Assembly (NCBI GenBank): GCA_964035575.1
Contig: OZ037834.1
Span: forward strand, 1,736,001-1,800,000
Direction: 5' to 3'
Source: Rhynchopus sp. YZ270_cl-10
Lineage: Eukaryota
DNA: 64,000 nucleotides
Position numbers and translations under genes: made by a program. The notes beneath the pieces are model-generated. The model worked only from the letters and a program-made list of their open reading frames with translations, had not been told where the DNA came from and made no database searches. Positions 1 to 11,481 of the stretch are shown in pieces. Positions within the stretch are counted from its first letter, which is position 1, and every line of letters begins with the position of its first letter.

Positions 1-14
1 GTCTCAAGGGGGGT

Positions 15-487
15 TGGTGCTATAGGAAATGAGTCAACGACCTGTCAGCGACCTGTCAATATCGGGGGGGGGGAGGGTCATTTTTTGATAGTACTTTGCC
101 ATTTTTTCAGGTACACAGGTACACAGGTACACAGGTACACAGGTACACAGGTACACAGGTACACAGGTACACAGGTACACAGGTACACAGGTACACAGGT
201 ACACAGGTACACAGGTACACAGGTACACAGGTACACAGGTACACAGGTACACAGGTACACAGGTACACAGGTACACAGGTACACAGGTACACAGGTACAC
301 AGGTACACAGGTACACAGGTACACAGGTACACAGGTACACAGGTACACAGGTACACAGGTACACAGGTACACATGTGCACAGGTACACAGGCCACCAAAA
401 AATCGCGAAGGGCCGTTAAAAAATGACCCCCCCCTATGGCAACGACCTGTCAGCGACCTGTCAATATCGGCCCCCCCTGGAGCACCA
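15..487. mobile_element. MITE-like module carrying a (CAGGTACA)n minisatellite (array 108-390)
   Basis: Short terminal IR TGGTGCT (15-21)/AGCACCA (481-487). 31-bp direct repeat CAACGACCTGTCAGCGACCTGTCAATATCGG at 35-65 and 440-470. Inner IR GGGTCATTTTTT/AAAAAATGACCC flanks the 8-bp tandem array. Confidence 0.6.
108..390 (+). repeat. 8-bp tandem repeat (CAGGTACA)n, about 35 copies
   Basis: Read directly from the sequence. Confidence 0.98.
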
Positions 488-555
488 GGGGTGTTTTTTT
501 TTTGACAACAAACTTATGGAAATCCACGCAGCTGATGCTCCGATAACGAAAAAAA

Positions 556-589
556 GGTGACTAAGCAATGAGAGGCTTAGGGTCATCTT
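556..589 (+). repeat. Dispersed ~33-bp hairpin repeat family A (GGTGACTAAGCACGAGAGGCTTAGGGTCATCTT)
   Basis: Further copies at 722-754, 23924-23956, 43190-43222, 45941-45974 and 49549-49581. Degenerate copies at 48121-48154, 54583-54616, 55011-55039 and 56878-56907. Confidence 0.9.
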
Positions 590-1369
590 ATAAAATTTTT
601 CTTCTTACTTTTTCTCTTATTTGATTGAAATCAAGGTGACCGTGGGAAGCTGAGGGTTTCTCGAGGGTTTTGCACTTTTTCGCAACTTCTCTTCTTTTCT
701 GTACTCTCCACTTATTCATTAGGTGGCTAAGCACAGAGGCTTCAGGTTCATCTTAAACACTCAAACATTTTCTTCTACTTTCATCCAGATGGCTGGCACC
801 GTACAGTGGGTCAGTCGGAGGTGCCTGCATTAATAACAACCACAATTTCCATACCATTTCCTTTACCACAGTTACAACGATGTTGGGGTTGATATGCTAA
901 CAAAATGAGAGCACGAGACAGAAGAGACTTGCATTAGGGACGGGTTGGTCACGCCGGATATACGTAAGGAGGCTACGTCTGTGTGTGGAAGGGGGGGAAA
1001 GGGGAAGGGAGGGTGTGTGTGTGTTTGTTAAGAGCACGCTGTCTTTTAAAAGGTGTATGCACGCAAGGGATCCATCTTTTTCAACTTATCTTTTCTTTGC
1101 TGATTTTCTGCCACCCCCCGCGCTCTAACTGCCTCCGCACCACTAAGGTTATTTTTTTTTTTTTGCATAAATAGACAAAACTGCCCCCCTTTTAACCCCA
1201 GCGTCACTATCGATTTTTTTGCTGCCACTCCATTTTTCAGATTCTCATTATATATTTTTAAAAAAACTCCTTTCGATGCGTTCAATGTGAGCATCTCGCA
1301 AAAGAGAAAAAAAAAAACAAAAGCAGACACCGTATTGCACGCGTGAGCCTAAAAGCTATTTACTATTTT

Positions 1370-1473
1370 AATAGCCGTAAAATTATTTCCTCAAGCCAAA
1401 ATCCTTCTAGGAGCGGAGTTTTAAGAATGCCATAATTGACGTCTGGAAATAATTGCAGTGGAGGTATTTTAGC
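1370..1473 (+). repeat. ~100-bp dispersed repeat with an inverted copy at 47913-48014
   Basis: AATAGCCGTAAAATTATTTCCTCAAGCC...GAAATAATTGCAGTGGAG(G/C)TATTTTAGC matches the reverse complement of 47913-48014. Confidence 0.85.
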
Positions 1474-1562
1474 CGGGTTTCCCACACAAAAAATAATTAC
1501 CGTGTAATTATAGGAAATAATTACACGGTAATTATTTTTTGTGTGGGAAACCCGGCTAAAAA
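1467..1562. repeat. Near-perfect ~96-bp palindrome
   Basis: TTTTAGCCGGGTTTCCCACACAAAAAATAATTACCGTGTAATTAT is followed by its reverse complement after a few-nt loop. Confidence 0.9.
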
Positions 1563-1888
1563 AAAATCGCGATTTTTTTTCTTTTTTTCTTTTGCAGGGT
1601 TTTTTCTAGGATTTTTTTTTTCAGATCTGGGGGGGGACGCAAAAAAACCACCCAAAAAAATTTTTTTTTCGCAGGTGCAAGCAGGGTTTCCGCTTATCTT
1701 CATGGAAATTTTTTCCAAAACCGTGAAGATATGTCCAAAAAGGGGTCTATAGTTTTCGCGCTCCGCGCAAAAAAGCCCGTTCATTTCACGTAAATACGTG
1801 ATAACGTGGGATGGTAACGAACATCAAGAACCAAACCAACCCTTTTTCTCATGTTCCACATCCTACGGAGTCATGATATCAGAACTTT

Positions 1889-2038
1889 CTGGCGAAGCCA
1901 CGGTACGCAACATTTCAAAAAATTGTGACCTAAAATTGAACATTTGTACGGCCAAACTATGGTAGAGGGCTGTGGTATTCCGCTCATAAGTTTTGAGTTG
2001 CGCCGCAGGCGCACGGTACGCTACTTTTTTATTTTTGC
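1889..2038 (+). repeat. ~150-bp dispersed repeat, second copy at ~14501-14637
   Basis: CTGGCGAAGCCACGGTACGCAACATTTCAAAAA...TTGCGCCGCAGGCGCACGGTACGCTACTTTT is shared by both loci. Confidence 0.85.
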
Positions 2039-2228
2039 CGATCCCTTATTCTCACTCTTTTGTTCGGTCCGTCAAATGGTGCAAAGGTTGAGTGAATTGG
2101 GGGCACGGTCTGAAACTTCACCTCGCTATATCCTCTTCACAATGATGCCAGAAAGGGGATAAGACGCGCTTCGCGTCTTATCCCCTTCCTGCCTCCCCTT
2201 TTTTTTTCTGGTGCGGGTTACGTACGTT

Positions 2229-2837
2229 CAGGGGTTAAGTTAGCTTTTTTTTTTTCTCGCTGAGTCGGGTTTTCTGGGTTTTTTTCGATTTTTCTGGATT
2301 TTGCGAAAAATAACCAATCCCCTCCGCGAGCGCAGCGAGCGGGAAAATTTTAAGGTGCACCTCCGCGAGCGTAGCGAGCGAAAAAAAAATTCCGCGATTT
2401 TTGGGCAAAGTTCAAAAATCCCACCAAAAAATGGGGGGCTGGGGATTTTTGGATTTGTCCTAACAATTTTGGAGCATAAATTTGAAGAACAGGACTGGTG
2501 TACCCCTCACCGACCTCAGTTCCCACGTCCTGCTTCACCCGCACTCTCGCAACACTAGTACTGAACCCGAAGTTCGCCAGAGATCCCTGTTGCCTCTTCA
2601 TATGAATAATTCCCAGTTCTGACCGGGGGTTTGTTTGGGTCGGGAGGATATTTTTTTTCTTAGAGGGTGGGGTGGGGGCTCCGCCCCCACCCCTACCCCA
2701 CCTTCCCAGCCTACACCACCCAAAAATTTGGATTTTTTTTTTTCGGATTCCATTTTTTTTTTTTTTTTTTTTGAAAAACCCGAAAACCCGAAAACCGGGT
2801 TTTGAAAACCCAGAAACCCGCCCTAACTTAACCCCTG
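2229..2837. mobile_element. hAT-type MITE
   Basis: 15-bp TIR CAGGGGTTAAGTTAG/CTAACTTAACCCCTG. 8-bp TSD CGTACGTT at 2221-2228 and 2838-2845. Subterminal AAACCCG-type repeats. Confidence 0.88.
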
Positions 2838-3021
2838 CGTACGTTGTGTCCCAAATGGGGGTCTGTGCGGGTGACCCCCAACCACCCCCCCCACATCCTT
2901 TTTTCCCAAGTCAAAATGCGTCCCCCCCCCGGGGGGGGACGCGTTTCCCCCAAAAATCTGGGGGGGGACGCCGTCCCCCCCCCGCTCCCCCTAGAAAAAA
3001 CCCTGTTTTGTGAACACCCCG

Positions 3022-3614
3022 GGTTTGATACCTGTACCGCAGGCATTCCTCTGAGTCTAACGATTGATAATCAGAGCTCGGTTTGTTGTCAAAGACATCT
3101 TCCACCATGCATTGAGGAGGGTAAGACAGTGGTCGCAGTTTGTACTTGATAGCATTACAACATTTAACTTCTCCACGGGGGTCTTGGGCCGTTCACTCGG
3201 TTATACCTTGACCAGCGGAAGAGGCCTTTTTGGTCTCTAGAATATCCGGTATTCCCGAACGGAGGCACACTTTGTGTGTTACTACGACCTGGCAACTTCC
3301 AGCAGTAGGTTAAGTAATGCTTTCTTGTAAATTGTTGGATCATTTATCTCCTCAGTGCATGAATGCCCCACGTGACTGGACACTTTTGTGTTTGTCAAGT
3401 GGACTGTCTGGTCACTTCTCAGTGACTGGCGGGTTGGCTGTGGTTGCCCTGTCACGACTTACCTGTGTACCTGTGTACCTGTGTACCTGTGTACCTGTGT
3501 ACCTGTGTACCTGTGTACCTGTGTACCTGTGTACCTGTGTACCTGGGTGACTGGGTACGTACCTGGGTAAATGTGACCAGGTGACCTGGTCAGACCTCTG
3601 ACCAGCGCACCGTG
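3022..3614. mobile_element. Right arm of a CAC-terminated transposon family with a (ACCTGTGT)n array at 3461-3545
   Basis: 3022-3397 aligns with 13043-13082 plus 13244-13566. It is followed by a GTAC-core array, palindromic subterminal repeats and the end GCACCGTG, as in the element ending at 14124. Confidence 0.7.
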
Positions 3615-3684
3615 ACAGCACAGGCTGCCGAAAACGGATTTTGGCTTTCGGAAATAATTTTACGGCAATTAAATATCAAATTCC

Positions 3685-3821
3685 ATGCAATTATTTCACA
3701 GAAAATTGCACTCGGAGGTGTATTTTTCACTCGTTTTGTTAATTGCACTCGCTGCGCTCGTGCAATTAACCACTCGTGAAAAAAACACCTCCTCGTAGCA
3801 ATTATGGTGAAATAATTGCAT
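3685..3821. mobile_element. Palindromic non-autonomous element
   Basis: ATGCAATTATTTCAC...GTGAAATAATTGCAT arms with a central AATTGCACTCGCTGCGCTCGTGCAATT hairpin. Confidence 0.65.
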
Positions 3822-4955
3822 AGTAATTAAATACTAAGGTTTTCAGAATAAAAAATAAATTTACCTGTTTTTATATACGGGAAAAATAGGGGGCAGGAAA
3901 AAAATACCTGCTTTTTTTCTGAGGGGAATTTCAATCTTTGAGTGGCTCTGTAGTGTAAAAGCTGCATTTTTACACTGTACCCTAATTTTTTTTCGCCTGC
4001 GGCGCCATCAATATTATTTTTTTGCTCCGCAAAAAAATAGAGGTCCGAATATCTTCGCCTACATTTTGCGGCCGAAAAAGACAACTTTGACCAAAGCTGC
4101 AAAAAGGTCGGCGCACGTAGCGCGCCCGGGTTTGGGACCTTTTTGCATTTCGAGGGGCCGGTGGCCCAGAATCATAGTTACATTTTACCCTGTGAATCTC
4201 ACTGGTGTAATGGCCAAAAATTGTATCAACCATAAACTTGTCCATTATTTTCGAAATAACCCGCTACAGTGAGGTGAATGCTCGCAAAACCCTCTACAAC
4301 CCGTCGGTAGATATACAACCCCTACCCCCGCCAGAGGACAAATCCCCACAAAAACATACTGCCAAAAGTTACTGCAAACTAGATACTTGGCACTTCCCAA
4401 AAATTTAAGTGATGGAAATTTTGGCCATTTTTTTAAAGTGACCCCAACACAGGCTGGGATTGGCCCAAAAATGCAAGAAACAGCGCTTTTGGGTGGTACC
4501 CTGCCTCGAAAATGTGAAAAGTGGGAAAATCACAAGGTAATAAAAACAGGTAAATTTGTCTATTAGGTTAAGGAAAATCTGGAAAATAGGTACTATTTAG
4601 CCGCATGCGTGCCGTATTGGGATCTTTCTTGCGATGCGTAAACATTGTGTTATTACAGAAAAAAAATCACACCTCCTATGGACATCGTTTTCTCTGTGGT
4701 GCATCTTGTGTTCTCGTTTGAAGCGTTCTCCTCTTCGTACTCTGAAACTACAGTAGTTTCCAACTCCTCTTTTGCAGTTCAATCAGGGTCACTTTGTTAC
4801 GACCTAGCGTGCAGCCCCCATCCCATCCCCCACCCTTCTTCCACCTCACAACCCCCACCACCACCACAGACCCCAACATTTAGGGGGGGGGGGGGGTTCT
4901 TTGAGTAAATCCCCTTTCCCCCCTTCCCTCCCCTCCCCCCCCCCTTTTTTTTACA

Positions 4956-7900
4956 ATGATGTACGAGGAGGCGCAGACGGATTGCAGGGTAGCCGATTTG
5001 AAGACTAGCCTGCGTGAATCTGCTCGACGTGGAAGCATTGCAGAACCGCAGTCGGAGGAGCTTGTACAGGAGTATGTTACTCGCATTTTGTCCGGCGCGA
5101 GGCAGGCTATTGAAGACCAAGGCGCGTTTTCTCAGGCGGAGAAGTGGTTGCGTGAAGCAGAACACATTACAAGAGAGGAGTCGAGATGGTTTGATGCGGT
5201 TAGTGGAACGCGAGGACTGCGTTCCGCGCTGCGCGCTGAAACCTTTTGCCTTCTCGCACGCCACGCTCAGGTCACCCGCCAGCGTGACAGCACCGTCTTC
5301 GAATATATTGACTTCGCCACAATGGAGAGCGCGACGCTCCCTGGAACCCTCAATGCACTGTCAGAGGTGTGTCTCTCTATGAAATGCCCTGAGCGTGCCA
5401 TTGCGCCTGCCCAAACCGCGGTATACACTTTAGCAAAGGAGACGGAGAAGATCCGCAAAGAAATCAGCAACATAACAAAACACACGATGCGCGCCGACAA
5501 GCAGAGCCGTGCAGCGTTGGTGGAGCGGCTGGGGGATGGGTACGGGGTGTTGGCGTATTCATACTTTTTGATGGGAAGTGCAGCCTTGTTAACCGACAAA
5601 GCGACAAAGGGGGTTGCTGCATTGAAGAAAGCCGAGGCATTCGCGGGATTCAACGTGAATGCAGTGTTTGCAGCATTTCTCCGAGGTGAAGAAGGCTTCC
5701 TTGCAGACGAAACTGATGCATACTGGCAGAACGGCGTTGTCGACTACGAAACAGCAACCCCAGCCTTACCCCGCCACATCCGTCGCACCGTCAACGTCCT
5801 CGCTGCAGCCAACATCGCTGCCTCCCCACCACCACGCGAAACATTGTTAGCCCGTGCCCGGGAAGACCTGGAAGATGCAACAAAAGCAACCCCCTGCCAG
5901 CTTCCCAGCATTGCCAGCACCCCACCCAAGCGAAAGATCTCCCCACGACTGAACTCAGCGAAATCAGTCAAGGTTCCCCTCCCACCCCCTCTATGCCATA
6001 AGAAGGTGGGGAAGGAGACTTTCGCGCATGTTCCGGTACCTCCTGGGAGGAAGGGGGAGACACCACATTGTCCGAAGGAGGCTGTAGGTTTGGATAACAG
6101 CGTGAAGAAGCATCAAAGGAGGCACGGTCCATTCTCCTGTGTCGATTTTGGGTCGCGCCCAGCAAAGTGTGTAGCAAAGCTTTGTCTGCAGGGAAGCAGC
6201 GCCCCAATGTCCCTCGAGGTCTCCACCGGTGTTCTCAGCGTCGGGTCTGCCAGCATCATCCACGCCCATTTGGGGGAGTTTTCACAGAAAAGGGTGGACG
6301 GTGTGTTGGACGGTCTGCTTCCTATTCACTGCCTCTTTGCGTGCAGCGCGGACAACGAAATCTTTGTGACCTCCCCCTACGCCAATGCGACCATAATGTG
6401 CAACGACAAACTCATTGGCACCATGGTACACAAAGTGACCATTGGGGATACAATCTGTCTGTTCTCAGGGGATAGCGCAAAGTATTCCTTCAAGCTGAAA
6501 AAACAAAAGAAAAAGAGCGCACCAAAGATACCCCATGCACCACCAAAGAAGAAGGTCATCGATGAGAGCAGTGAACCCGCCATATTACCTCCCCCTCGTA
6601 CACACATCATCGCTGCAAACCATGAGCCTGAAGAGGCCTGGCTTTCATTGAAATCGGAGTCCATTAATTCGTACATAAAGCACCTTAAGAAGGAGGTGCA
6701 CGAAGAGGAAGTATTATTACAGAGGAAGCCACGAAAGGCGGATGGAAATTTATCAGCGCTTCGCGCGGTTTGTTGTATTGAAGAGGATATGCCGTGCCTT
6801 TGGGCGGAAGGGGTGCTTGCTTTGGGTAATACAGCTGCAGAAGAGAAACCGGTTGTACCAATGCAAACAGCGGTGCTATCGTTTACAGAGAAAAGCAGTA
6901 TATTATACCCCATCATTCCTATGGTGCGTGATGATGGGAGTGTAGTTGCCCCAGCTGCCCCAGCATTGAACGCTACCTCCGCATCGGACGACGTAGATGA
7001 AGAAGAGGAAGACGATTCTGCCACACCATTGTCCCCAGCGGAAGGGGAGTTTCCTTGTCTCCAGGTTTTGCTGTTAGGATCGGAGATGGAAGGGGGGCAA
7101 AAGACGGAGGAACAGCAGGGAGAATATAATTCTCTGGCAGCAGTCTCGTTGGCGTGCAATATGACGGAGCCTCCGAGGGCTCATAGAATTTCCTCGGAAT
7201 GTACGTTTTCGCCTCATGAGACTTCGAAGGAGGATGTGGAAGGTTCTGGTGGAGGGTCCTGCAGTTCGTCACCCCGCTCAATGCATGGAGGCAAGGTGTG
7301 TGAGGAGGCGGCCTTGGGGTATTCTACAGCAGCGGTTGCGTCTGAATCGAGCGAAGTGTTTTCTACAGCATTAGCAGCAGTGTGTGCAGCCTTTGAAGAT
7401 GTCTGGTGGGAGGAAACCTGGGTCGGCAGAATAGAGAGATTTGGAGCAGAGCAGGAAACCGTGTTGGTAGATGAAATTTCTCCCCCTCCTCCTCCTCCTC
7501 CTCCTGCCCGCGACCCAGATTTGACTGCATTGCTCTGCACCGAAGCGGCGGACGACTCTGGAGAAGCTACCGCATGGCTAAACGGCGTGCGTGCGATCGG
7601 CCTCTCCAATTTCGTTCCCTCCATTTCACCCCGTTCCTCGGTGATGGTTGCGTTGGAAATGGAGGATGCAGACGTTTTCGATGATGAAGACGGACCACCT
7701 CCTATGGCGGTTACGTTCTTAGAGGACGAGGAAGAGGAAAAGCCGGTAGAAGGTCTGTCACGGCTGAAGTCGACTGTGAAGATGAATATAAGCGTGCCAA
7801 CAGAGGAGGTCCCCGAGGATGCGAAGGATGTCACCCCGCAGAATCGTGGCGAAAGAGAGGCCCTCCTCTCTAAGGCGTCCTTCAGAAAAGAGATGGGGCT

Positions 7901-8033
7901 GTCGCCGGACACAACAGGGTTGTCGCCAGTAGGGCGTGCGCCAGAAGGCAGTGCAATAGAAGAGCTGAAAACCATCGCACAGCCAGAGGGGATCGAGCAC
8001 TATCCATCGCTTGCGATGTTGATGAAATATTAG
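4956..8033 (+). CDS. Hypothetical 1025-aa protein: helical TPR-like N-terminus, possible FHA-like domain, acidic/Pro-rich tail
   Basis: Long intronless ORF with coding-like composition between AT-rich flanks. HCLF..EIFVTSPYANATIMCNDKLI..IGDTICL resembles an FHA fold (weak). Confidence 0.85.
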   Translation: MMYEEAQTDCRVADLKTSLRESARRGSIAEPQSEELVQEYVTRILSGARQAIEDQGAFSQAEKWLREAEHITREESRWFDAVSGTRGLRSALRAETFCLLARHAQVTRQRDSTVFEYIDFATMESATLPGTLNALSEVCLSMKCPERAIAPAQTAVYTLAKETEKIRKEISNITKHTMRADKQSRAALVERLGDGYGVLAYSYFLMGSAALLTDKATKGVAALKKAEAFAGFNVNAVFAAFLRGEEGFLADETDAYWQNGVVDYETATPALPRHIRRTVNVLAAANIAASPPPRETLLARAREDLEDATKATPCQLPSIASTPPKRKISPRLNSAKSVKVPLPPPLCHKKVGKETFAHVPVPPGRKGETPHCPKEAVGLDNSVKKHQRRHGPFSCVDFGSRPAKCVAKLCLQGSSAPMSLEVSTGVLSVGSASIIHAHLGEFSQKRVDGVLDGLLPIHCLFACSADNEIFVTSPYANATIMCNDKLIGTMVHKVTIGDTICLFSGDSAKYSFKLKKQKKKSAPKIPHAPPKKKVIDESSEPAILPPPRTHIIAANHEPEEAWLSLKSESINSYIKHLKKEVHEEEVLLQRKPRKADGNLSALRAVCCIEEDMPCLWAEGVLALGNTAAEEKPVVPMQTAVLSFTEKSSILYPIIPMVRDDGSVVAPAAPALNATSASDDVDEEEEDDSATPLSPAEGEFPCLQVLLLGSEMEGGQKTEEQQGEYNSLAAVSLACNMTEPPRAHRISSECTFSPHETSKEDVEGSGGGSCSSSPRSMHGGKVCEEAALGYSTAAVASESSEVFSTALAAVCAAFEDVWWEETWVGRIERFGAEQETVLVDEISPPPPPPPPARDPDLTALLCTEAADDSGEATAWLNGVRAIGLSNFVPSISPRSSVMVALEMEDADVFDDEDGPPPMAVTFLEDEEEEKPVEGLSRLKSTVKMNISVPTEEVPEDAKDVTPQNRGEREALLSKASFRKEMGLSPDTTGLSPVGRAPEGSAIEELKTIAQPEGIEHYPSLAMLMKY

Positions 8034-8123
8034 CTGTTTTTTTTTTACAATGTTGAGTGCATTTTTTACCTCAATTTTTTCACCCTGGACTGTCTAGGGT
8101 TTCCCTTTTCAAAAATGTGGTGT

Positions 8124-8125
<2 letters not shown>

Positions 8126-8207
<82 letters not shown>
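8126..8207 (+). repeat. (GA)n microsatellite
   Basis: Read directly from the sequence. Confidence 0.98.
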
Positions 8208-8211
<4 letters not shown>

Positions 8212-8412
8212 TTTATCTTCCCAAAAAATTTTCAACAAAAAAAAAAAAATTATGGAGAATATTTGGTGGAGTGTGCAAAGTTCTCCCCCTCCCCTTTTCC
8301 CCCCTCATTTATTTTTACACCCGCAGAGAAGCAGTCCCCCATCTGCCTCTGCCGAACGGTGGGGAGGTTTTTTTTGCAATTTTTAGTTCTTTTTTTTAGT
8401 CGCAACGGTAGC

Positions 8413-8537
8413 AAAATGATGTGGAGGTGACTAAATGAGAGTCGAAGAAAGTGCAGAACTGCAGTCGGAGGGGCTTGTACAGGAGTATATTGTCGACACA
8501 TTTTTTGTCCGGCGCAAGGCAGAACATTGAAGACCAC
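8413..8537 (+). pseudogene. Degenerate duplicate of the 5' end of the 4956-8033 gene
   Basis: 8453-8537 aligns to 5040-5119 (GCAGAAC.GCAGTCGGAGG.GCTTGTACAGGAGTAT...TTTTGTCCGGCGC.AGGCAG...ATTGAAGACCA) with indels. Confidence 0.8.
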
Positions 8538-8588
8538 TATGCACTACCCCCGAGGATGAAGTACGAAAAAAAAACGATTCTTTTGTTT

Positions 8589-8631
8589 CAGTGCCTGCGT
8601 CCCAGAGGCGTTTGCACTATCAACTTCACTT
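8589..8631 (+). repeat. Dispersed ~43-bp hairpin repeat family B (CAGTGCCTGCGTCCCAGAGGCGTTTGCACTATCAACTTCAC)
   Basis: Copies at 46630-46673, 49635-49676 and 54224-54271, plus a degenerate copy at 8641-8685. Confidence 0.85.
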
Positions 8632-9494
8632 TGTTTTGGGGTGCCTGCCTCAGAGTCCGGTGAGGTGTTTGCAGCTTCAAAACTTCTCTCTTTTTTGTTT
8701 TGTTTTTGGTTTTTTTTGTTTTTACAACGTGGACAAAGATCCATCCTGTAGTTACAATTTTATCTTATTCTTTTCAACGTGGTGTCATATTTGTCCTATT
8801 TTCTTGAACAGGAATAAATGCAAATTATTTTTTGCGTTTTTGGTGTGCTTTTTTTTTGTCCACAAACAAAAAAGAGAACGTACACAAAATCCTGGGCAGG
8901 CATATTGCTAACTTTGCCGAAAGTGGAAAAAAGCAAAACGGCGACACTTTTTTTTTTTTTTTCCACACGGTGCGGTCTGTCGTGCTTGGAGTGTGTAAAT
9001 AACGGACTTACCCCCTGAGTCCGACAGTCGGACCCCCTGAGTCCGACAGACGGACTCAGGGGTCCGTCTGTCGGACTCTGGGGTCCGACAGTCGGACCCA
9101 AAAAAAAAATTTTTTTTTTTTTTGGGCCGAAAAAAAAAATTTTTTTTTTGGCCAAAAAAATTTTTTTGGCCGAAAATCGCCTTGTATAGCCACTACAGTA
9201 CACATGGTTTTACCAAAATAGCCGTATTTTGGCTGAAAATTTGACTTGAAAATTTTTTTCATTGTTTGGTCAATCTGAGGTTTTCTTTGAATTTTTTGGG
9301 CCATTTTATGACCTACTACACCCAATTTTTGGGGGATTTTTTTTTTCTTGGTCAAAAAATAGCGCTTGTTGCCTACTACTGGGTATAGGCTTGTTCAGAG
9401 GTGTGTATTTGGTGTACCCAGACATGGTCAAAACACATGAATTTTGCGTTTTTTTGCATTTTTAGGTTCTCGACCAACCAGGGGGCGACCAATT

Positions 9495-9753
9495 TGGGTA
9501 CTGGGTACTGGGTACTGGGTACTGGGTACTGGGTACTGGGTACTGGGTACTGGGTACTGGGTACTGGGTACTGGGTACTGGGTACTGGGTACTGGGTACT
9601 GGGTACTGGGTACTGGGTACTGGGTACTGGGTACTGGGTACTGGGTACTGGGTACTGGGTACTGGGTACTGGGTACTGGGTACTGGGTACTGGGTACTGG
9701 GTACTGGGTACTGGGTACTGGGTACTGGGTACTGGGTACTGGGTACTGGGTAC
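9495..9753 (+). repeat. 7-bp tandem repeat (TGGGTAC)n
   Basis: Read directly from the sequence. Confidence 0.98.
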
Positions 9754-10162
9754 CAAGAGAAGGCAGCTTGACAGCAGCGAAGGCGGAGGCTACGGGGAAG
9801 ACAAGGTATGTAAATGTTTAACTTTCAGTTACTTGTGTAGATGCAAACAACACACCCAGTGGTTTGCAGCATTTTATTTTCTTGTGTGCTTTCTCTTCTT
9901 TGAATCGAAAGTATGTGAACCTTATTACATCATGATACAATGCAACGAGGCCGAAACAGCCTCACTAAGGCCTCTGAAAATAAATGTTCAGACTTGGCAC
10001 TTACTTATGTTTAGGTGCGCCTCAACCACACGCTTGAATATATTTAATTTGCCACACCTCAGATAGATTTTCCAGATATGCCTATGTTCAGGTGTTCCAG
10101 GCCTCGTCACAAATAGACAAAAAAACAAAAGCCAAAACAACAGAGAGAGAGCCAACAATTTT

Positions 10163-11300
10163 TTATCTCACTTGTGTAATAATGTTTAGCCGCGTTTTCG
10201 AAATTCCTTCCTGGAGATTACACAAAATACAGTAGACATTATCTCCGCACACAAAGAACAAAACAAAACCCATGCCGAGAGTAGGCGCAAAAGCAATGTG
10301 GAGGAGATCTGCGCATGCAACCAAAAGGGTTGCAGTCATAGGACTTCGAGGAACTGTTCACCATACCCAACCTTGACGCCCCGTACTAGGTGGTCATACA
10401 TCATTTGTCAAATATACTGTAGGAATTTCGAAAACGCAGCACAACATTATTGCCCGTGAGATAATAACTATTTATTCGAGTGAAATAAGAACTATTTTAT
10501 TTCACGCGCCACTAAAAAGGTGCCCGAGTGCGTTATTTCCCGAGCGAAGCGAGGGGAATAAGAGTGAGAGAGTCACGAGGGTGCCTTTTTAGTGGCAAGT
10601 GCAAGAAAATGTTCTTATTTCACTCAATATGTAATTTTATTCCACAAGTGAAAAACGTATTTATAGGTGTAAACAGTGGAACGTTGAGCCCACGCTCCAC
10701 CCCTCACACCACCACACTTCAAATTACAGATTATTTATTGCCTCTTACACACATGCCTAAACCCACGCGCAAGTTTGCGGAGATGGAGGATGCATATGAC
10801 AACTTGTTCGACGACATGAACAGTGGTGTGCAGTACAGGAAAACATGGGACGATTTCCTCCGTTTCAACAGACTTTCAGGAGCGAACGAGCCCAGGGAAG
10901 AACACGTCGTGTCCTTCAGATCACTCCGTGATCTTTTATTTCACTCCCCCACCCAATCCTTCACGATTTGCGTGAAATAAAACGTGAAATAAAACGAATC
11001 TTATTTCACTCACTTTTTCACCTGTTTACGTTTTTCACGCGTGGTATAAAATTACGTATCGAAAACTAAAGTGAACATTATTTAACTGATGGGTGATTCA
11101 CAAACTGGAATACGTGATACCCACTCGCTATCGCTCGTGACATCACTTTTATGATTACACTCACTTCACTCATGAAATCAAAATGCTGAACTCCACTCGC
11201 TTCGTGAAGTTGAGCCCCAGTTTGAGTCACCCACCACCTCGTGAAATAATGTTCACTTTATTTCATGAGATAATAATTATCTAACTCAGTGAAATAAAAC
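10163..11300. mobile_element. Cluster of nested palindromes, probably Crypton-like (tyrosine recombinase transposon) derivatives
   Basis: IR pairs span 10163-10464, 10478-10626 and 11068-11259, with GAGCGAAGCGAG and CACTCGCTATCGCTCGTG cores. The cluster encloses a truncated integrase-N-like ORF. Confidence 0.5.
10753..10980 (+). pseudogene. Truncated ORF resembling a tyrosine recombinase N-terminal (core-binding) domain
   Basis: MNSGVQYRKTWDDFLRFNRLSGANEPREEHVVSF, a Y-x3-W-x2-F-x2-F pattern. A homologous remnant lies on the - strand at 11482-11640. Confidence 0.45.
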
Positions 11301-11481
11301 TCGTGTAATTTTGCAGATTATATGCCCTTTGTGTCACTCAATTGTAACCGAGAATGTAAGGCAGTGAGTATTTGATCTGCCCTTTATGTCGCGAAATACT
11401 ATGTTTGGTGTTTTGACGTCTTCCAAGCAGATGGATATTCCCTCACTTGCACGCAATCTACCGAGGAACCGACTGCCTTTC

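Larger units (their letters stand above)
1595..3005. mobile_element. Non-autonomous TIR DNA transposon containing a nested element
   Basis: Perfect 16-bp TIR CAGGGTTTTTTCTAGG (1595-1610)/CCTAGAAAAAACCCTG (2990-3005). TTTTG on both flanks (1590-1594, 3006-3010). ATCTGGGGGGGGACGC motif near both ends. Confidence 0.7.

Noticed and set aside
34..426. ORFs with YLCTCVPV/TGTQVHRY repeats, and the equivalents at 9376-10066 and 13481-14392
   Set aside because: Translations of stop-free 7-8 bp minisatellites, open in many frames.
3827..4600. Possible further MITE (AAATTTACCTGTTTTTA and its inverse at ~3858 and ~4541)
   Set aside because: The inverted match is real, but I could not define the termini or a TSD.
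8115..8430. Poly-RE ORFs
   Set aside because: Translation of the (GA)n microsatellite.
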